Below, one piece after another: positions 7,860-17,972 of a stretch of DNA of 47,199 nt. The notes under the pieces were generated by a model. The model was not told the DNA's origin, searched no databases, and saw nothing but the letters and a program-made list of their open reading frames with translations. Made by a program: the position numbers and the translations under genes. Source of the stretch: a virus (taxonomy: Duplodnaviria > Caudoviricetes). The stretch spans positions 1 through 47,199 of the IMG/VR virus record IMGVR_UViG_3300017774_002618. One strand, given 5' to 3'. Position 1 is the first letter of the stretch; each line of letters begins with the position of its first letter.

Positions 7860-10800
7860 TCACTTCCTTCGCGTGTCAGGCAAACCGAGCGCATCGCCGG
7901 TTGCTTCTTCGACCTTATCAAATAGGCTCCGGATGTAAAAGAGGTTTTGGCCCGGAACCATCATACGCGCCCTGCGCAGATCCGATTTCGTTGTATCCCC
8001 CGCAAAAATCGATCCGGAGACCTGGAAGATATCTGCCACCGCGTCCGCAGTCGGGCCAAGGAAGGCCCCCGTGACGTTCCGAGAGGCATAGCGGCTGACT
8101 TGTTCGCCAGAGAGCGCCGACAGGCCTACACGGCCTCGTGTGGCCTTTTCAGTTATATTGTTGGCTTCCATCAGCCAGCCGGTCAGGCCGGAGCGGTCGA
8201 ATGCTTCCACAGCCCACACGCGCGGATCGTCTGACACATCCCGGCCAGCTGCCTTTTCCTTCACGGCATAGGTCATCGCGCCCAGCCCAAGCATAAGAAG
8301 CGTGCCGTTCAACGTCGCCGCGTCCCGCTGCTGCAAGCCTGCAAGCATGGTCTTTTGCATCGACGAGACGGAAAAGCTCTTGAACTGTCCGACCATCTTG
8401 CCAAGTTCGGTGGACATCCAGAGAGGCTTGTCCTGACCCGGGGTGACGATGATACGATCCACATCACGAACGACGGCGGCGCGGACGGCTTCTGCTGCGT
8501 CCTTGTCAGTCCATTTCGCGGTATTCGCCAACCAGACGCCATCGGTGATTTCCCCGTGCCCGCCGACGCGCTCGACGCCGGTTTCGTAGACGCGCATATT
8601 GGACGGGGAAGCGAGTTGTTTACCGGTTACAATGGCGTCGTCGCCTGCGAACTGGCGCGTGATTTTCTTCGCCATCTCCAGGTCGATACCCGAAGCGGCA
8701 AGCCGGCGGATCTCGCTTTCCGATGCAAGGCCATTTGCCAAGCGCTGGGAGGAACGAAGGACATTGGTCATCGTGACCAGCCCCGCAAATTGCTTCAGCG
8801 CGGCGTTCCATGGTGCCATCAAAGACACGACGCCAAACTTGCTCGACACAGCCGACAGGCCGCGTTCGAACTTGGAGTGCCGTCCGAAATCGTCGGTGAT
8901 GTCCGCCATCGCCATCGTGCGACTATCGAGGATCATGTCCAGCGCAGTGCCGGCCATCTTTACCTCGCCAGCACCCGCGCGGAAGGCCTTGAAGTTCCGG
9001 ATCATCGGCAGGAAGCCATCGCGGAACGTGCTGGTCAGGCCATGTGTGAATACGACCTTGGCCATATCCGGAAGGGCCGAGAGCGTCATGCCACCCAGAA
9101 GGCGCACATAGTTCAGATTGCGCGCGATGCGCCCTGCACGAAGCACAAGAGATGCCGGGTTGGACGGCAGCGCATACGTTCCACGCAACCGATCGCGGAT
9201 GCCCTCAATATCCCGCACGTCGCTTTCGCGCTGTTTCTGGATGGCCTTGCGTTCCTTGTCGGTCTTGGCGCCGGCAACCTTGGCGTTTGCCTCGTCGTTG
9301 ATCTTGCGGATTTCCTCCTTCATATCGACGGAGCCGAACTTGCGGGCGATCTCCACATCTGGAGCCATTGTCCGGATTTGGGCACGCATCACCTGTTCAA
9401 CGTCCAGTTCCATGAAGTCGGCAATCTTCTCGGATGGGATGTTGAGCGTGCGTTCTTTCAATGCGCCGCGCGGACCAGCCACGATGTCATAAGGGATGCG
9501 ACCCTCAGCATTGCCAAGGATGGTATCGGTGATCTCGTCAGCCAGACTGCGCAGCTCCGCATCGGAGAGGTTGGCGAACTCATCGACCTTTTGCGAGGCC
9601 TTGTCCGCCTTCGTCGCGGCCACATCGGCCTTGGCTGCTGCGTCCTCTGCAATCTTGGTTGCCTTGTTCCGCTGTGTCGTCAGGTGGTCCACCAGCCGCG
9701 CGGTCCACACATCCCGCTTGGCGATGATCCTCTCGCGATTATACATCCGGAACAGGTGCGAAAGATCGTTCTTGACGGCGATGTCTTCCGGGAAAAGCCG
9801 AGCCTCGATAGCCGCTTTCTTCAGCGCTTCGTCCCATTGACGGTAAACCCTAGCGGCCTCTGCCACCTGCGGAATCGCATGCTGCTCGCCGGAGAATGCA
9901 GCCCTGCCCACCTCTTCCTTGAATTGCTTGAAGGTGAGCTTCTGCCCGCCCCTCGCCCGCGCCCATTCGGACTTGATCGGAGAAAGGCGCGTCTGCCATG
10001 CAGTCGGCTCGGCAACGTCGTGGAAATACTTCGCATAGGACGTATCGACCATGCGCAGCGCTTCCGCAGTCGGCGCATTCCACATCTTGACACGGGTTTC
10101 AACCGAGCCGCCGCGCTCCGTCGCGATGCCGCGCGCATTGTCGGCATATTCCAGCGGCGTTTCAGCCAGCCGGCGCACTGTTTCACGTGTGGCATTGAAG
10201 TCGGAGAGCTGCGAGCGGATAAGCGGGTCCTGGATGTTGACCCCGGGGAGACGCTTGATCAGCGCTTCGTCCTTCAGGACCAGTGGTCCAGTGTCCCGAG
10301 CAGCTGCACCAGCCGACGAACCTGCCCCGGTGAAGACCCGATCAGCCTCGTCAAACGCAGCTTCCTGCCCTTCGATCTTGCGGGACAGCGCGGAAGATGC
10401 CGCAGGCGTAAGATAGCGCCCCGCCAGCGCGCCCAGAGCGCCCCCGAGCAGCACAGAGCCGCCGACGTTCAACGCCGTCTCTTCGACCGTCCTACCTGTC
10501 TGTGTGGCCTGTAGAGCAGCCTCTGAGATACCAGCGTCAATCGCAGCAGCCGCACCCACGCGAAGCGCCAGTTGCCCAACACCACGTGCGGCGCCAATGA
10601 CCGGCCCGCCAATCGGGAGAAGCGTCGGCAGATCGAACACGCCGGCTGCAACCGAGCCAACGATGCCCATCATCCCGCCGGCTTCGACAGTCCTGCGATC
10701 ACGCTCTTCCCGATCGATCTGGATTTTCTTCGCGTCGGCAGCCTTGCGATTAAAGATGCCTGAGAACTCGTCAACGTAGGGCGCGAATTTCGGATCGTCC

Positions 10801-11003
10801 TTCACGTAGTCGATCGCGTCAAAGCCATCTTCGATCTCATACGGATTCGGCTGGCCACGAGAGGCAAGCGCAGAGCCGATGGTGTTCTGTGTCCGGAACG
10901 CCGCGCCGAACACATCGATCATCGACGGATCAACAATAGGCGCGTCATCCGGCGCGATGTTGGTCAGGTTGTCGATCGTGCGGCGCTCGTCAATGAACGG
11001 CAT
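7860..11003 (-). CDS. Large internal virion (DNA ejection) protein
   Basis: 1047 aa, helical and Ala-rich; third gene of the post-nozzle trio (T7 gp16 position). Confidence 0.8.
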   Translation of the reverse strand: MPFIDERRTIDNLTNIAPDDAPIVDPSMIDVFGAAFRTQNTIGSALASRGQPNPYEIEDGFDAIDYVKDDPKFAPYVDEFSGIFNRKAADAKKIQIDREERDRRTVEAGGMMGIVGSVAAGVFDLPTLLPIGGPVIGAARGVGQLALRVGAAAAIDAGISEAALQATQTGRTVEETALNVGGSVLLGGALGALAGRYLTPAASSALSRKIEGQEAAFDEADRVFTGAGSSAGAAARDTGPLVLKDEALIKRLPGVNIQDPLIRSQLSDFNATRETVRRLAETPLEYADNARGIATERGGSVETRVKMWNAPTAEALRMVDTSYAKYFHDVAEPTAWQTRLSPIKSEWARARGGQKLTFKQFKEEVGRAAFSGEQHAIPQVAEAARVYRQWDEALKKAAIEARLFPEDIAVKNDLSHLFRMYNRERIIAKRDVWTARLVDHLTTQRNKATKIAEDAAAKADVAATKADKASQKVDEFANLSDAELRSLADEITDTILGNAEGRIPYDIVAGPRGALKERTLNIPSEKIADFMELDVEQVMRAQIRTMAPDVEIARKFGSVDMKEEIRKINDEANAKVAGAKTDKERKAIQKQRESDVRDIEGIRDRLRGTYALPSNPASLVLRAGRIARNLNYVRLLGGMTLSALPDMAKVVFTHGLTSTFRDGFLPMIRNFKAFRAGAGEVKMAGTALDMILDSRTMAMADITDDFGRHSKFERGLSAVSSKFGVVSLMAPWNAALKQFAGLVTMTNVLRSSQRLANGLASESEIRRLAASGIDLEMAKKITRQFAGDDAIVTGKQLASPSNMRVYETGVERVGGHGEITDGVWLANTAKWTDKDAAEAVRAAVVRDVDRIIVTPGQDKPLWMSTELGKMVGQFKSFSVSSMQKTMLAGLQQRDAATLNGTLLMLGLGAMTYAVKEKAAGRDVSDDPRVWAVEAFDRSGLTGWLMEANNITEKATRGRVGLSALSGEQVSRYASRNVTGAFLGPTADAVADIFQVSGSIFAGDTTKSDLRRARMMVPGQNLFYIRSLFDKVEEATGDALGLPDTRRK

Positions 11004-13576
11004 TAGCGTTCACCGAACACAGGATCTTGACCAGAGAGGAAATCCTTCTGATCCTGGACGCGATACGGCGCCTGCTGGCGTTGTTCGGTCTGGTTGGCGC
11101 GTGCGCCTTCCATCGCCGCGCCGCTTGCCGCGTCATCGACCTTTTTCTGCATGTCCTGGAGTTTGGAGATGTCAGGACGCCAGAGCTTGCCGGGAATGGT
11201 CTGCAGCACGCCATTGGCATCCTTATACAGCACGGCATAGCCCGGCATCTCGCCCCGCTTCACCATGGCGTCAGTTTCCGGCGTCGTCACCAACTGGACC
11301 GACTGCATGTCGGCATCTGCCGAAAACTCCGCAATGTCAGCCTGGAGTTGTGCCGGGTAGGAAAGCGACTGTGCCGCGTCGGCAACAGACAGCTTCGGCC
11401 AATAGCGCTCCGGAGGATGCTTCATCACCACCTTGCGGCCTGTCAGTTCCGTCACGCCATAGAGGCGCTTCATTTCCTCGACGGCGCGGTTCTTCGCAAT
11501 CTCAGGATCACCGCCCGCGCGATAGAACTGGTCCTCGGCAATCGCTGCAAATTCTGCCTGAATGCCGAGCCGCTGCGCTTCAGAAAACCCGATATCAGGA
11601 GCCGTGCCAAACCACGTATCGAACTCGCTCGACAGGTCGGTTGCCTCGACATCCTTCATGAAGACTTTCGCCGCCGGCTCCATTGCCTTGCGGTTGAACT
11701 TCGCCTCTGGACTGCTGCGCTCGATATAGCGCTGCGCTGCCATCTCAGGGGGGAGATTGCGCTTGTTCACGTCGAAGGCGAAATCATCGACAGCAGTCTG
11801 GACTTCAGTCCCGCCATCGCGACGAGCAAGCGCAGCCGGGTCGAAAGCCGAAATCCGCTGCGCAAGCTGGAGCGCGGTCGCCACTTCCGCCGGCTCCTGG
11901 CTGGCAAGCCCTTGGCGAATGGTATTGACGACAGGCTGAGGAACCACACCAGTCTGCTCCAGGATCGCGCCGGCAATTGCGCCATGCTGTTCCGGAGGAA
12001 TGCGCTTCACAGCGTCGGAATAGAGATTGTCGGCGCGCGTCTTGTCTTTCGAAGCATATGGATCGAGGTTCAGCGTGCGATCGTTCAGAGCCACGAAATC
12101 CGATTGGATCTGGTTTGCGCCTTCGTTCTGCGTGCGAACCTTGGTGATCAGCGCGGCCTTGTCGCCATCGTTCAGCGTTGGGTCATTCGAGACCAGAACC
12201 TCATCGCGGATTTGGCCCTGCACGATCTGGAGTTCGAGCGCATCCTTGTGCTGGGTGTATTCGGCCTTGATGGTTGCCGCTTCCGTGCGCTGCTGTTCCC
12301 CGATCTGCACATCCGCCTGATTGGCCAGCACGAGACGGCGTTCGAGCGGGATATTGGCGAAACGGGGATCCGGCCCTCCAGCGGATTCCGGCACGCTAGC
12401 CTGCCCTCGGATGATTGCAGCCTCTTCCGCGCGGCGCTTGGCGTTGATGCCGCCATTGTGGCCTTTCAGGCCTTCGACAGCCGCCGCGATAGTCTCCATG
12501 TCACCAGAGCGAACCGCGCTGGCAACCGACTTGGGAAGGCTGCCATAGTTATAGGCGATCGACGTAAGCGCGGCGCGCGCGCCGCTTGGCAATTGTGACC
12601 AATGGTCGGGTCCAACCTGACGCGCCGCGTTCTGTTCAAAGTCACGCGCGCGACGTGCCAGATCGCGTTCCGCGTCGGCACGAGTGACCGTATCGCCCTG
12701 TTTGACTTTGACGACCGATCCGTCAGCCTTGGTGATCGTGTCCGAGCCATAGCCGAGCCGATGAGCATTCACATCCCAATAGGTGCCGGAACGAAACCCT
12801 TCGAACTTGCGCAGCAGACCCACAGACCCGCCACCGACATTCGGTCCCGCATCCGGTTCAGCGGGGGTAAGCCCGAGCGCTGATTTTGCCTTGCCAGCAA
12901 ATTCCGGGTCTTTCGCCAGCAGCGTCTTGAACAGCGTCTCATCCGCGTTCGCCTGCCAATTGACCTTGGCCACGTCCTTTTCCAGAGCCGGGAGACCCGA
13001 CTTGTCGATGATATCTAGGCCCTGCTGCTTGAACGTCTCGAAGGTCGCGGTATCGTTCGGATCGCCCATCGCCATCTGATTGGTGATGTCGTTCTGCGTC
13101 TTCTGGATTTCGACCTTATAGTAAGCCTGCTCGCTCTTGTATTGCTCACCGGCCAGGCGGTTCGAACCCTTCATGCGATACAGTTCGCGCTTGGCGGCGA
13201 ACTCGGCACGCTTCGATTCAGGCACCCGCTCCAGATAGCTGTCGAACACCTTGTCGTAAGAGCCAGGACGCACCGGCTGCTGCGTCACCGGGTCGATCTC
13301 GCCATAGACGCTATCGTGAATCCCGGAACCATCCGCAGGAGCGGTGCGCACCGCTTCGTCTTCCTGACGCGCGATATCTGCCATCAACTCGTTTTCACGA
13401 ATGGTCGCGTCGAAATTGTCCTTCTGGTCCTGCTTCTGTTTGAAGCGCTCGGCAACGTTCTGGATTGAGTTGCCAAGCCCTTCGATCGCAGAGCCAATCG
13501 GAGACCCCGATGGATACGAAACGACGCTGCCCGTATCGAGCGAGCGGCTGGCAATGGTGCGGGGAATTTGCGCCAT
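11003..13576 (-). CDS. Internal virion protein with an embedded GH24 lysozyme domain
   Basis: LLRKFEGFRSGTYWDVNAHRLGYG...AALTSIAYNYG...KRRAEEA at about 12410-12820. Confidence 0.85.
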   Translation of the reverse strand: MAQIPRTIASRSLDTGSVVSYPSGSPIGSAIEGLGNSIQNVAERFKQKQDQKDNFDATIRENELMADIARQEDEAVRTAPADGSGIHDSVYGEIDPVTQQPVRPGSYDKVFDSYLERVPESKRAEFAAKRELYRMKGSNRLAGEQYKSEQAYYKVEIQKTQNDITNQMAMGDPNDTATFETFKQQGLDIIDKSGLPALEKDVAKVNWQANADETLFKTLLAKDPEFAGKAKSALGLTPAEPDAGPNVGGGSVGLLRKFEGFRSGTYWDVNAHRLGYGSDTITKADGSVVKVKQGDTVTRADAERDLARRARDFEQNAARQVGPDHWSQLPSGARAALTSIAYNYGSLPKSVASAVRSGDMETIAAAVEGLKGHNGGINAKRRAEEAAIIRGQASVPESAGGPDPRFANIPLERRLVLANQADVQIGEQQRTEAATIKAEYTQHKDALELQIVQGQIRDEVLVSNDPTLNDGDKAALITKVRTQNEGANQIQSDFVALNDRTLNLDPYASKDKTRADNLYSDAVKRIPPEQHGAIAGAILEQTGVVPQPVVNTIRQGLASQEPAEVATALQLAQRISAFDPAALARRDGGTEVQTAVDDFAFDVNKRNLPPEMAAQRYIERSSPEAKFNRKAMEPAAKVFMKDVEATDLSSEFDTWFGTAPDIGFSEAQRLGIQAEFAAIAEDQFYRAGGDPEIAKNRAVEEMKRLYGVTELTGRKVVMKHPPERYWPKLSVADAAQSLSYPAQLQADIAEFSADADMQSVQLVTTPETDAMVKRGEMPGYAVLYKDANGVLQTIPGKLWRPDISKLQDMQKKVDDAASGAAMEGARANQTEQRQQAPYRVQDQKDFLSGQDPVFGER

Positions 13577-14094
13577 CAGTAAAGCCCCGGCCTGTTAGTG
13601 ATGCCGTAGTCAGACCGCGCAAAGGGAGACTGACCGATCTTTGCAGCCTTGTTTGGGTCATACATGTTGGACAGTCCAGAAATCAGGCCGCTGCCCGCGT
13701 TGATGATGCCGCCGGCCATGGCCTGCTTCCCAGAAAAGCGGGAGATATCGGCTTGGGTTCGGAGGTTGTTCTGCCTGATCTGCGAGCCATACTGGATTGC
13801 GCGGATGTCAAGTTCCCCTTCCCGGGCATTGGCGATCAGCACATCCGAAGGTGAGCCGGCCATGGCCACGCCAGACGCACCCACCTGAGCGCGGGCGTTG
13901 GCCTGGAGCAGTTCCTGCTTCTTGCGCTCTTGCCGCGCCTCATAGGCTGAGGCCTGAGAGTCCGCCTGCGCCTGTTGCTCGTAGGCCTTGGCCTGAGCGT
14001 TGGCCATGGCCATCTGCTGAGCGCCGCCAGCGATCGACCCGGCCACCGAAACGACCGTGCCAATGGCTGCGAGAGTGCCGGGATCGACGCACAT
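13576..14094 (-). CDS. Small internal virion protein (T7 gp14-like)
   Basis: MCVDP plus hydrophobic Gly/Ala N-terminus, ASGV motif; position. Confidence 0.8.
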   Translation of the reverse strand: MCVDPGTLAAIGTVVSVAGSIAGGAQQMAMANAQAKAYEQQAQADSQASAYEARQERKKQELLQANARAQVGASGVAMAGSPSDVLIANAREGELDIRAIQYGSQIRQNNLRTQADISRFSGKQAMAGGIINAGSGLISGLSNMYDPNKAAKIGQSPFARSDYGITNRPGLY

Positions 14095-14099
14095 TTCTT

Positions 14100-16610
14100 C
14101 TAGTCCTCACTGTCAAAGATCGGCGTGGCGGCGCGGATGGTGCATGGCGTAGGGTTGGTGAAGCGGATACGCACCTTCGCCATGCCTTCCCAGCTATCGT
14201 CGATGGGGACCTTCACATTGCCGGTGAACAGCTCGACGTAATCCGGATCAGGCAGAGTGGTCGGGATATCCACGGTCTCCCATGCGCCGCGCTGCATGGA
14301 CTGGATTTCAAGTCCGGTGATGTCGGTTTCGAATAGCGACAGGAGAACGGCTGAGATCTTCTTACGGCGCCCGTTGAGCGAACCGTCTTTCGCCCCAACA
14401 TCCAGTTCGAGCGTTTCCGCCGACGATGTGAATGGCAGCCCTACATGCGCCGCATTGCACAAAGCACCGCCCGGGAGCGTCACCGCGCCACCCGAAACTG
14501 TGCGGCCTTTCACAACCACCCACCCGGCGATGCCGGATGTGTAGAGGATGTCCACCGACTGGCCATTGAGATGCGACAGACCGCTGATCGAGTTCGTCGA
14601 TGCACCCGAATAGCTCAGACCGCAGTCAACCTGGAAGCAGTCGCCAATGTCGGCATATTCGAACGCCGGCTGCATGACCTCGATGTAACGCTTGGTCGAT
14701 CCGCCAATGGTCCGCTTGACGATCATCCAGACATCGTTCGGCATGCCGTCCTGGCCGGGCGTGACGATGCAGCTTTCGACGATGGGCCAGTCCGCACCGG
14801 TAAACGCCCCACCGACGCGGTGACGATGCATGCCGCGGACTTCCTGCGAGGGCTGATGCGTGTAGCCGCCCAACTCGCCATTATCGAGAGGGAACCAGAC
14901 AATGGGATCGGGATCGTCCTGGTAGGCGATTTCGATCACGCCCTTTTTCGGGATATGCTCTGAAATCTGGCCAATGTCGTCGGACGTGAACCGACCCGAT
15001 GCGTTCTGCACCAGTTCGGCAATCGAGCGCCGGGAGCGCGTCACATACATGAACGATTGGCCCGCATCGATCGGGCGGATCTTCGCACAGCCATGCGTCC
15101 GCGAACGGCGGTTCTTGAATGAAGTTGGCGTCAGCGCCTCATCCAGGCCCGAGCCTGACAATGCACGCACGCCGCCCGATGTCGCGATCAGCAGGAACCC
15201 GTCCGCGTCAGCGAGCCACACAATGTCATTGGCTTGCCCGCCGCCGGCATTCTCAAACACTAGCGCATCGTCGTCTTTCTCACCTGCGGAGAAATCATCG
15301 AATGCGCCCGTCTTTGACGCATAGACCGAGAACCGCTTGCTATAGGCCAGGCGCTCTTCGAAGAAGGCAACGCTTTCCACCTGTTCGTCAGGCGTAAAGG
15401 CGCTCATCCGCCAGTTGATGATTGGCGAAAGATCCGGCAAGGCATGGCCGTTCAGGGTGATCGTAACGACGGTAGTGGACGTGCGGGAGATGATGCGCGC
15501 CCATCGCCATTCGCCATCCGAACCGAGAAGCCGGATGGTGCGGCCTACATCCGTGGTCTGGAAACCAGCACCATCATTGATGCCCGTGATAGATGATGCC
15601 GTAAGGTTGAACGCGGTCTGAGAGACCGCTGCCTTGTTGAAGCCGAGTTCCGCCACCTGAAACGTGCCAACCGAGCCATCAAGCCCGGTGTAGCTGAAGC
15701 GGTGATATTCGAACGCGACCTTGTTCTCAAATTCATAGAACCGGGTCTCACCGCCATACCATCCCGATTCGCCCTTGCGCGTATCGAGCGTGGTCCAGGT
15801 CGCGCCGTTGTTCGATCCTTCGACCTTCCACGAGGTGGGCGTGCGATTGACGATTGTGCCATCAACTGCCGTGATCCAGTAGGAATCCACCACGACTTGC
15901 GCCGCGCCCGCCTGGCGATATTGTATCCAGCCCGGCACGGCGACGATCTGCAAATCCGTTCCCGGGTCGCCGTCGAACACTTGGAACGCATTGGCGCTGG
16001 CATTCGAACTGGATGCCGTTCCCGAAGGGGCTGTGTTCGTCGTCATCAGCGGCGTCAGGGATGCCCTGTCAGCCGGCGTCAGTGTCGTGGCGGTAATGTT
16101 GAGCGCGAGATACGGCCCGTCATTGAAAATGGATTCGGTGAGCGTCCATGTCGTCGCATCTTCGCGCGTCAGGATCTGCGGTGCATAATCGCTATGGACA
16201 ATCCACATCTGGTCGGCGGACTGGATGAACTGGAGTTGCCAGATGTCCGCCTCAACCCATGGCGTGACAACCTCAACCGTGCCGACACGCGAGCCGTAGG
16301 CATAGACGCGGATGTAGAGATGCCCTACCTCCAGCGCATAGGCTTGTTCCGCGCTGAAAATGAACGGGATAAGCCGCGTTTCGCGGGAGGATGTCTTGAC
16401 TTCACCCGCAAAATACGTTCCGCCGCGCGCCCTCAACCCGCCGTGAGGCAGCGTCAGGAAGTTCTCGCACTTGGACAGCGCTGTCCTGTAGAGATCAAGC
16501 GATGCGCGGGCATGCAGTCGGGGGGAGATTTCGCCACGGACGAACGAATCCTGTTGGGGATACAGGACCGGCTTGTCAGGGATGTCGGAGCCAGCCATCA
16601 GGCGCGCCAA
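14100..16610 (-). CDS. Tail nozzle (tail tubular protein B) with an inserted F5/8-type-C (discoidin)-like domain
   Basis: SFVRGEISPRL...ENFLTLPHGGLRARGGT N-terminus, QSADQMWIVH; insert with FDGD...PTSWKVEGSNNGATWTTLD. Confidence 0.85.
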   Translation of the reverse strand: MARLMAGSDIPDKPVLYPQQDSFVRGEISPRLHARASLDLYRTALSKCENFLTLPHGGLRARGGTYFAGEVKTSSRETRLIPFIFSAEQAYALEVGHLYIRVYAYGSRVGTVEVVTPWVEADIWQLQFIQSADQMWIVHSDYAPQILTREDATTWTLTESIFNDGPYLALNITATTLTPADRASLTPLMTTNTAPSGTASSSNASANAFQVFDGDPGTDLQIVAVPGWIQYRQAGAAQVVVDSYWITAVDGTIVNRTPTSWKVEGSNNGATWTTLDTRKGESGWYGGETRFYEFENKVAFEYHRFSYTGLDGSVGTFQVAELGFNKAAVSQTAFNLTASSITGINDGAGFQTTDVGRTIRLLGSDGEWRWARIISRTSTTVVTITLNGHALPDLSPIINWRMSAFTPDEQVESVAFFEERLAYSKRFSVYASKTGAFDDFSAGEKDDDALVFENAGGGQANDIVWLADADGFLLIATSGGVRALSGSGLDEALTPTSFKNRRSRTHGCAKIRPIDAGQSFMYVTRSRRSIAELVQNASGRFTSDDIGQISEHIPKKGVIEIAYQDDPDPIVWFPLDNGELGGYTHQPSQEVRGMHRHRVGGAFTGADWPIVESCIVTPGQDGMPNDVWMIVKRTIGGSTKRYIEVMQPAFEYADIGDCFQVDCGLSYSGASTNSISGLSHLNGQSVDILYTSGIAGWVVVKGRTVSGGAVTLPGGALCNAAHVGLPFTSSAETLELDVGAKDGSLNGRRKKISAVLLSLFETDITGLEIQSMQRGAWETVDIPTTLPDPDYVELFTGNVKVPIDDSWEGMAKVRIRFTNPTPCTIRAATPIFDSED

Positions 16611-17728
16611 TAGCGGTTGTCACCGCGCTGGAGAGGCCATCCCTGCCCATAATACAGGCTGCCACGGCGAACCGCGTTGACACGCAGAGCCTCCGAGAGC
16701 GCCTTCTGATAGGCGGCTTCAGCAAGCTGCACGATGCCGGCGTTCTTCGTCAGCGGCAGTGCGATCTTAGCGGCAAGAGCGGCAATCACCACGTCGCGGA
16801 ACGTCGCATCCCAAAGCGTCGTGTCCGTCACATCCTTGATGTAGTGCAGGATGCGGGGAGATTCCTGATCGGTGTAGATCTTCGTGCCGCGCACTTCCCA
16901 TGAAATAGGGATACCGTCCGGCTCGCCGTCATAGGTGAGAGGCAACGGGCGCAGACAATCAGCAGGGATCGTATAGGACCAGCTAAGCCCCTCCTCGCCG
17001 CTATCGGTGCCAGTCAGCGAAGACGTGGCGAGCGCGAAGGTCCAGATGTGTTTCGTGATCTCAGCCTTGCGCACGTCGTCATAGTGCAGCTTGACCAGGC
17101 GTGCGGAGCGGTTGTCCTGCTCCAGGTTATCGATCGGGGCTTCGTCGATCAGCCCGAGCGCCAGGTTGGCGATGTCGGTTGACGATGGCATGATGCTGCC
17201 ACGGTGCAGCGCTGCAACCCTCTGCGCCTCTGCGAAGGCATTGGAATATGCCTCCCGCACGGACGGGATCAGGCTTGCCTTATGCGTGAGGGGCAGCACG
17301 ACCTTCGTCGCAAGAGCAGCCGCGACGACATCGACGAATGCCGCGTCCCAATCATCGGGATCAGTGACATCCTGGATGTAACGGAGAATGAGGGGAGTTG
17401 ATTTGGTCGTATAGACCTTGCCGGCGCGAACCTCCCACGAGAGCGGGACGCCATCCGTTGCGCCGGTTTCCGTGACAGGCAGCACACGCAGGCAGTCGGA
17501 CGGGAGGGTGTAAGCCCATGCCATCGTGCCAATGCCCGTCTGGGCGCCGGAAATCGATGCCGTGATGGTCGCAAACGCCCACGGATGCTTTGCCAGTTCC
17601 GCCTTGCGCGTCTGCGCATAGTGGAGGGTGGACAAGCGGGCGATCTTGTTGTTGTCGCTCAGGGCATCAATCGGCGCCTCTTCGAGAAGCGCGAGAGCCA
17701 TGTTGACGACTTCAATCTCGGTCGGCAT
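16598..17728 (-). CDS. Head-tail adaptor (tail tubular protein A), tandemly duplicated domain
   Basis: Two copies of N.AL.L..E.PI..L...HY...RKAE..KH.W.FA...W.YT.P.DCLR. Confidence 0.85.
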   Translation of the reverse strand: MPTEIEVVNMALALLEEAPIDALSDNNKIARLSTLHYAQTRKAELAKHPWAFATITASISGAQTGIGTMAWAYTLPSDCLRVLPVTETGATDGVPLSWEVRAGKVYTTKSTPLILRYIQDVTDPDDWDAAFVDVVAAALATKVVLPLTHKASLIPSVREAYSNAFAEAQRVAALHRGSIMPSSTDIANLALGLIDEAPIDNLEQDNRSARLVKLHYDDVRKAEITKHIWTFALATSSLTGTDSGEEGLSWSYTIPADCLRPLPLTYDGEPDGIPISWEVRGTKIYTDQESPRILHYIKDVTDTTLWDATFRDVVIAALAAKIALPLTKNAGIVQLAEAAYQKALSEALRVNAVRRGSLYYGQGWPLQRGDNRYWRA

Positions 17729-17731
17729 GGA

Positions 17732-17917
17732 TCAGACCTGCGGATTTGGGAGAAGCTTTGCCCGGCGCCGCGCCTTCTTGCGCTTGCGCTGACCCATCAT
17801 CGGGGCCGATACGTCGGCAGCCGGACGCGGGATATCCGGCGCGAACTTGGACACCACGTTGCGACGCGCCTTCGGCACATCCTCGCCACGCGGGCGGTGA
17901 TTCAGCATGATCGGCAT
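17732..17917 (-). CDS. Small basic hypothetical protein
   Basis: Fills the gap between MCP and adaptor; Arg/Lys-rich. Confidence 0.55.
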   Translation of the reverse strand: MPIMLNHRPRGEDVPKARRNVVSKFAPDIPRPAADVSAPMMGQRKRKKARRRAKLLPNPQV

Positions 17918-17939
17918 GGGGAATCTTTCGAAGGAGGGA

Positions 17940-17965
17940 CGGGCGGGAGCCGAAACCCCCGCCCG
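17940..17965 (-). terminator. Hairpin after the major capsid gene
   Basis: cgggcggg/cccgcccg inverted repeat; weak U-tract. Confidence 0.5.
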
Positions 17966-17972
17966 GTAGTCA

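Noticed and set aside
8355-12598. 719-aa and 523-aa plus-strand ORFs
   Set aside because: Antisense shadows of the ejection protein genes
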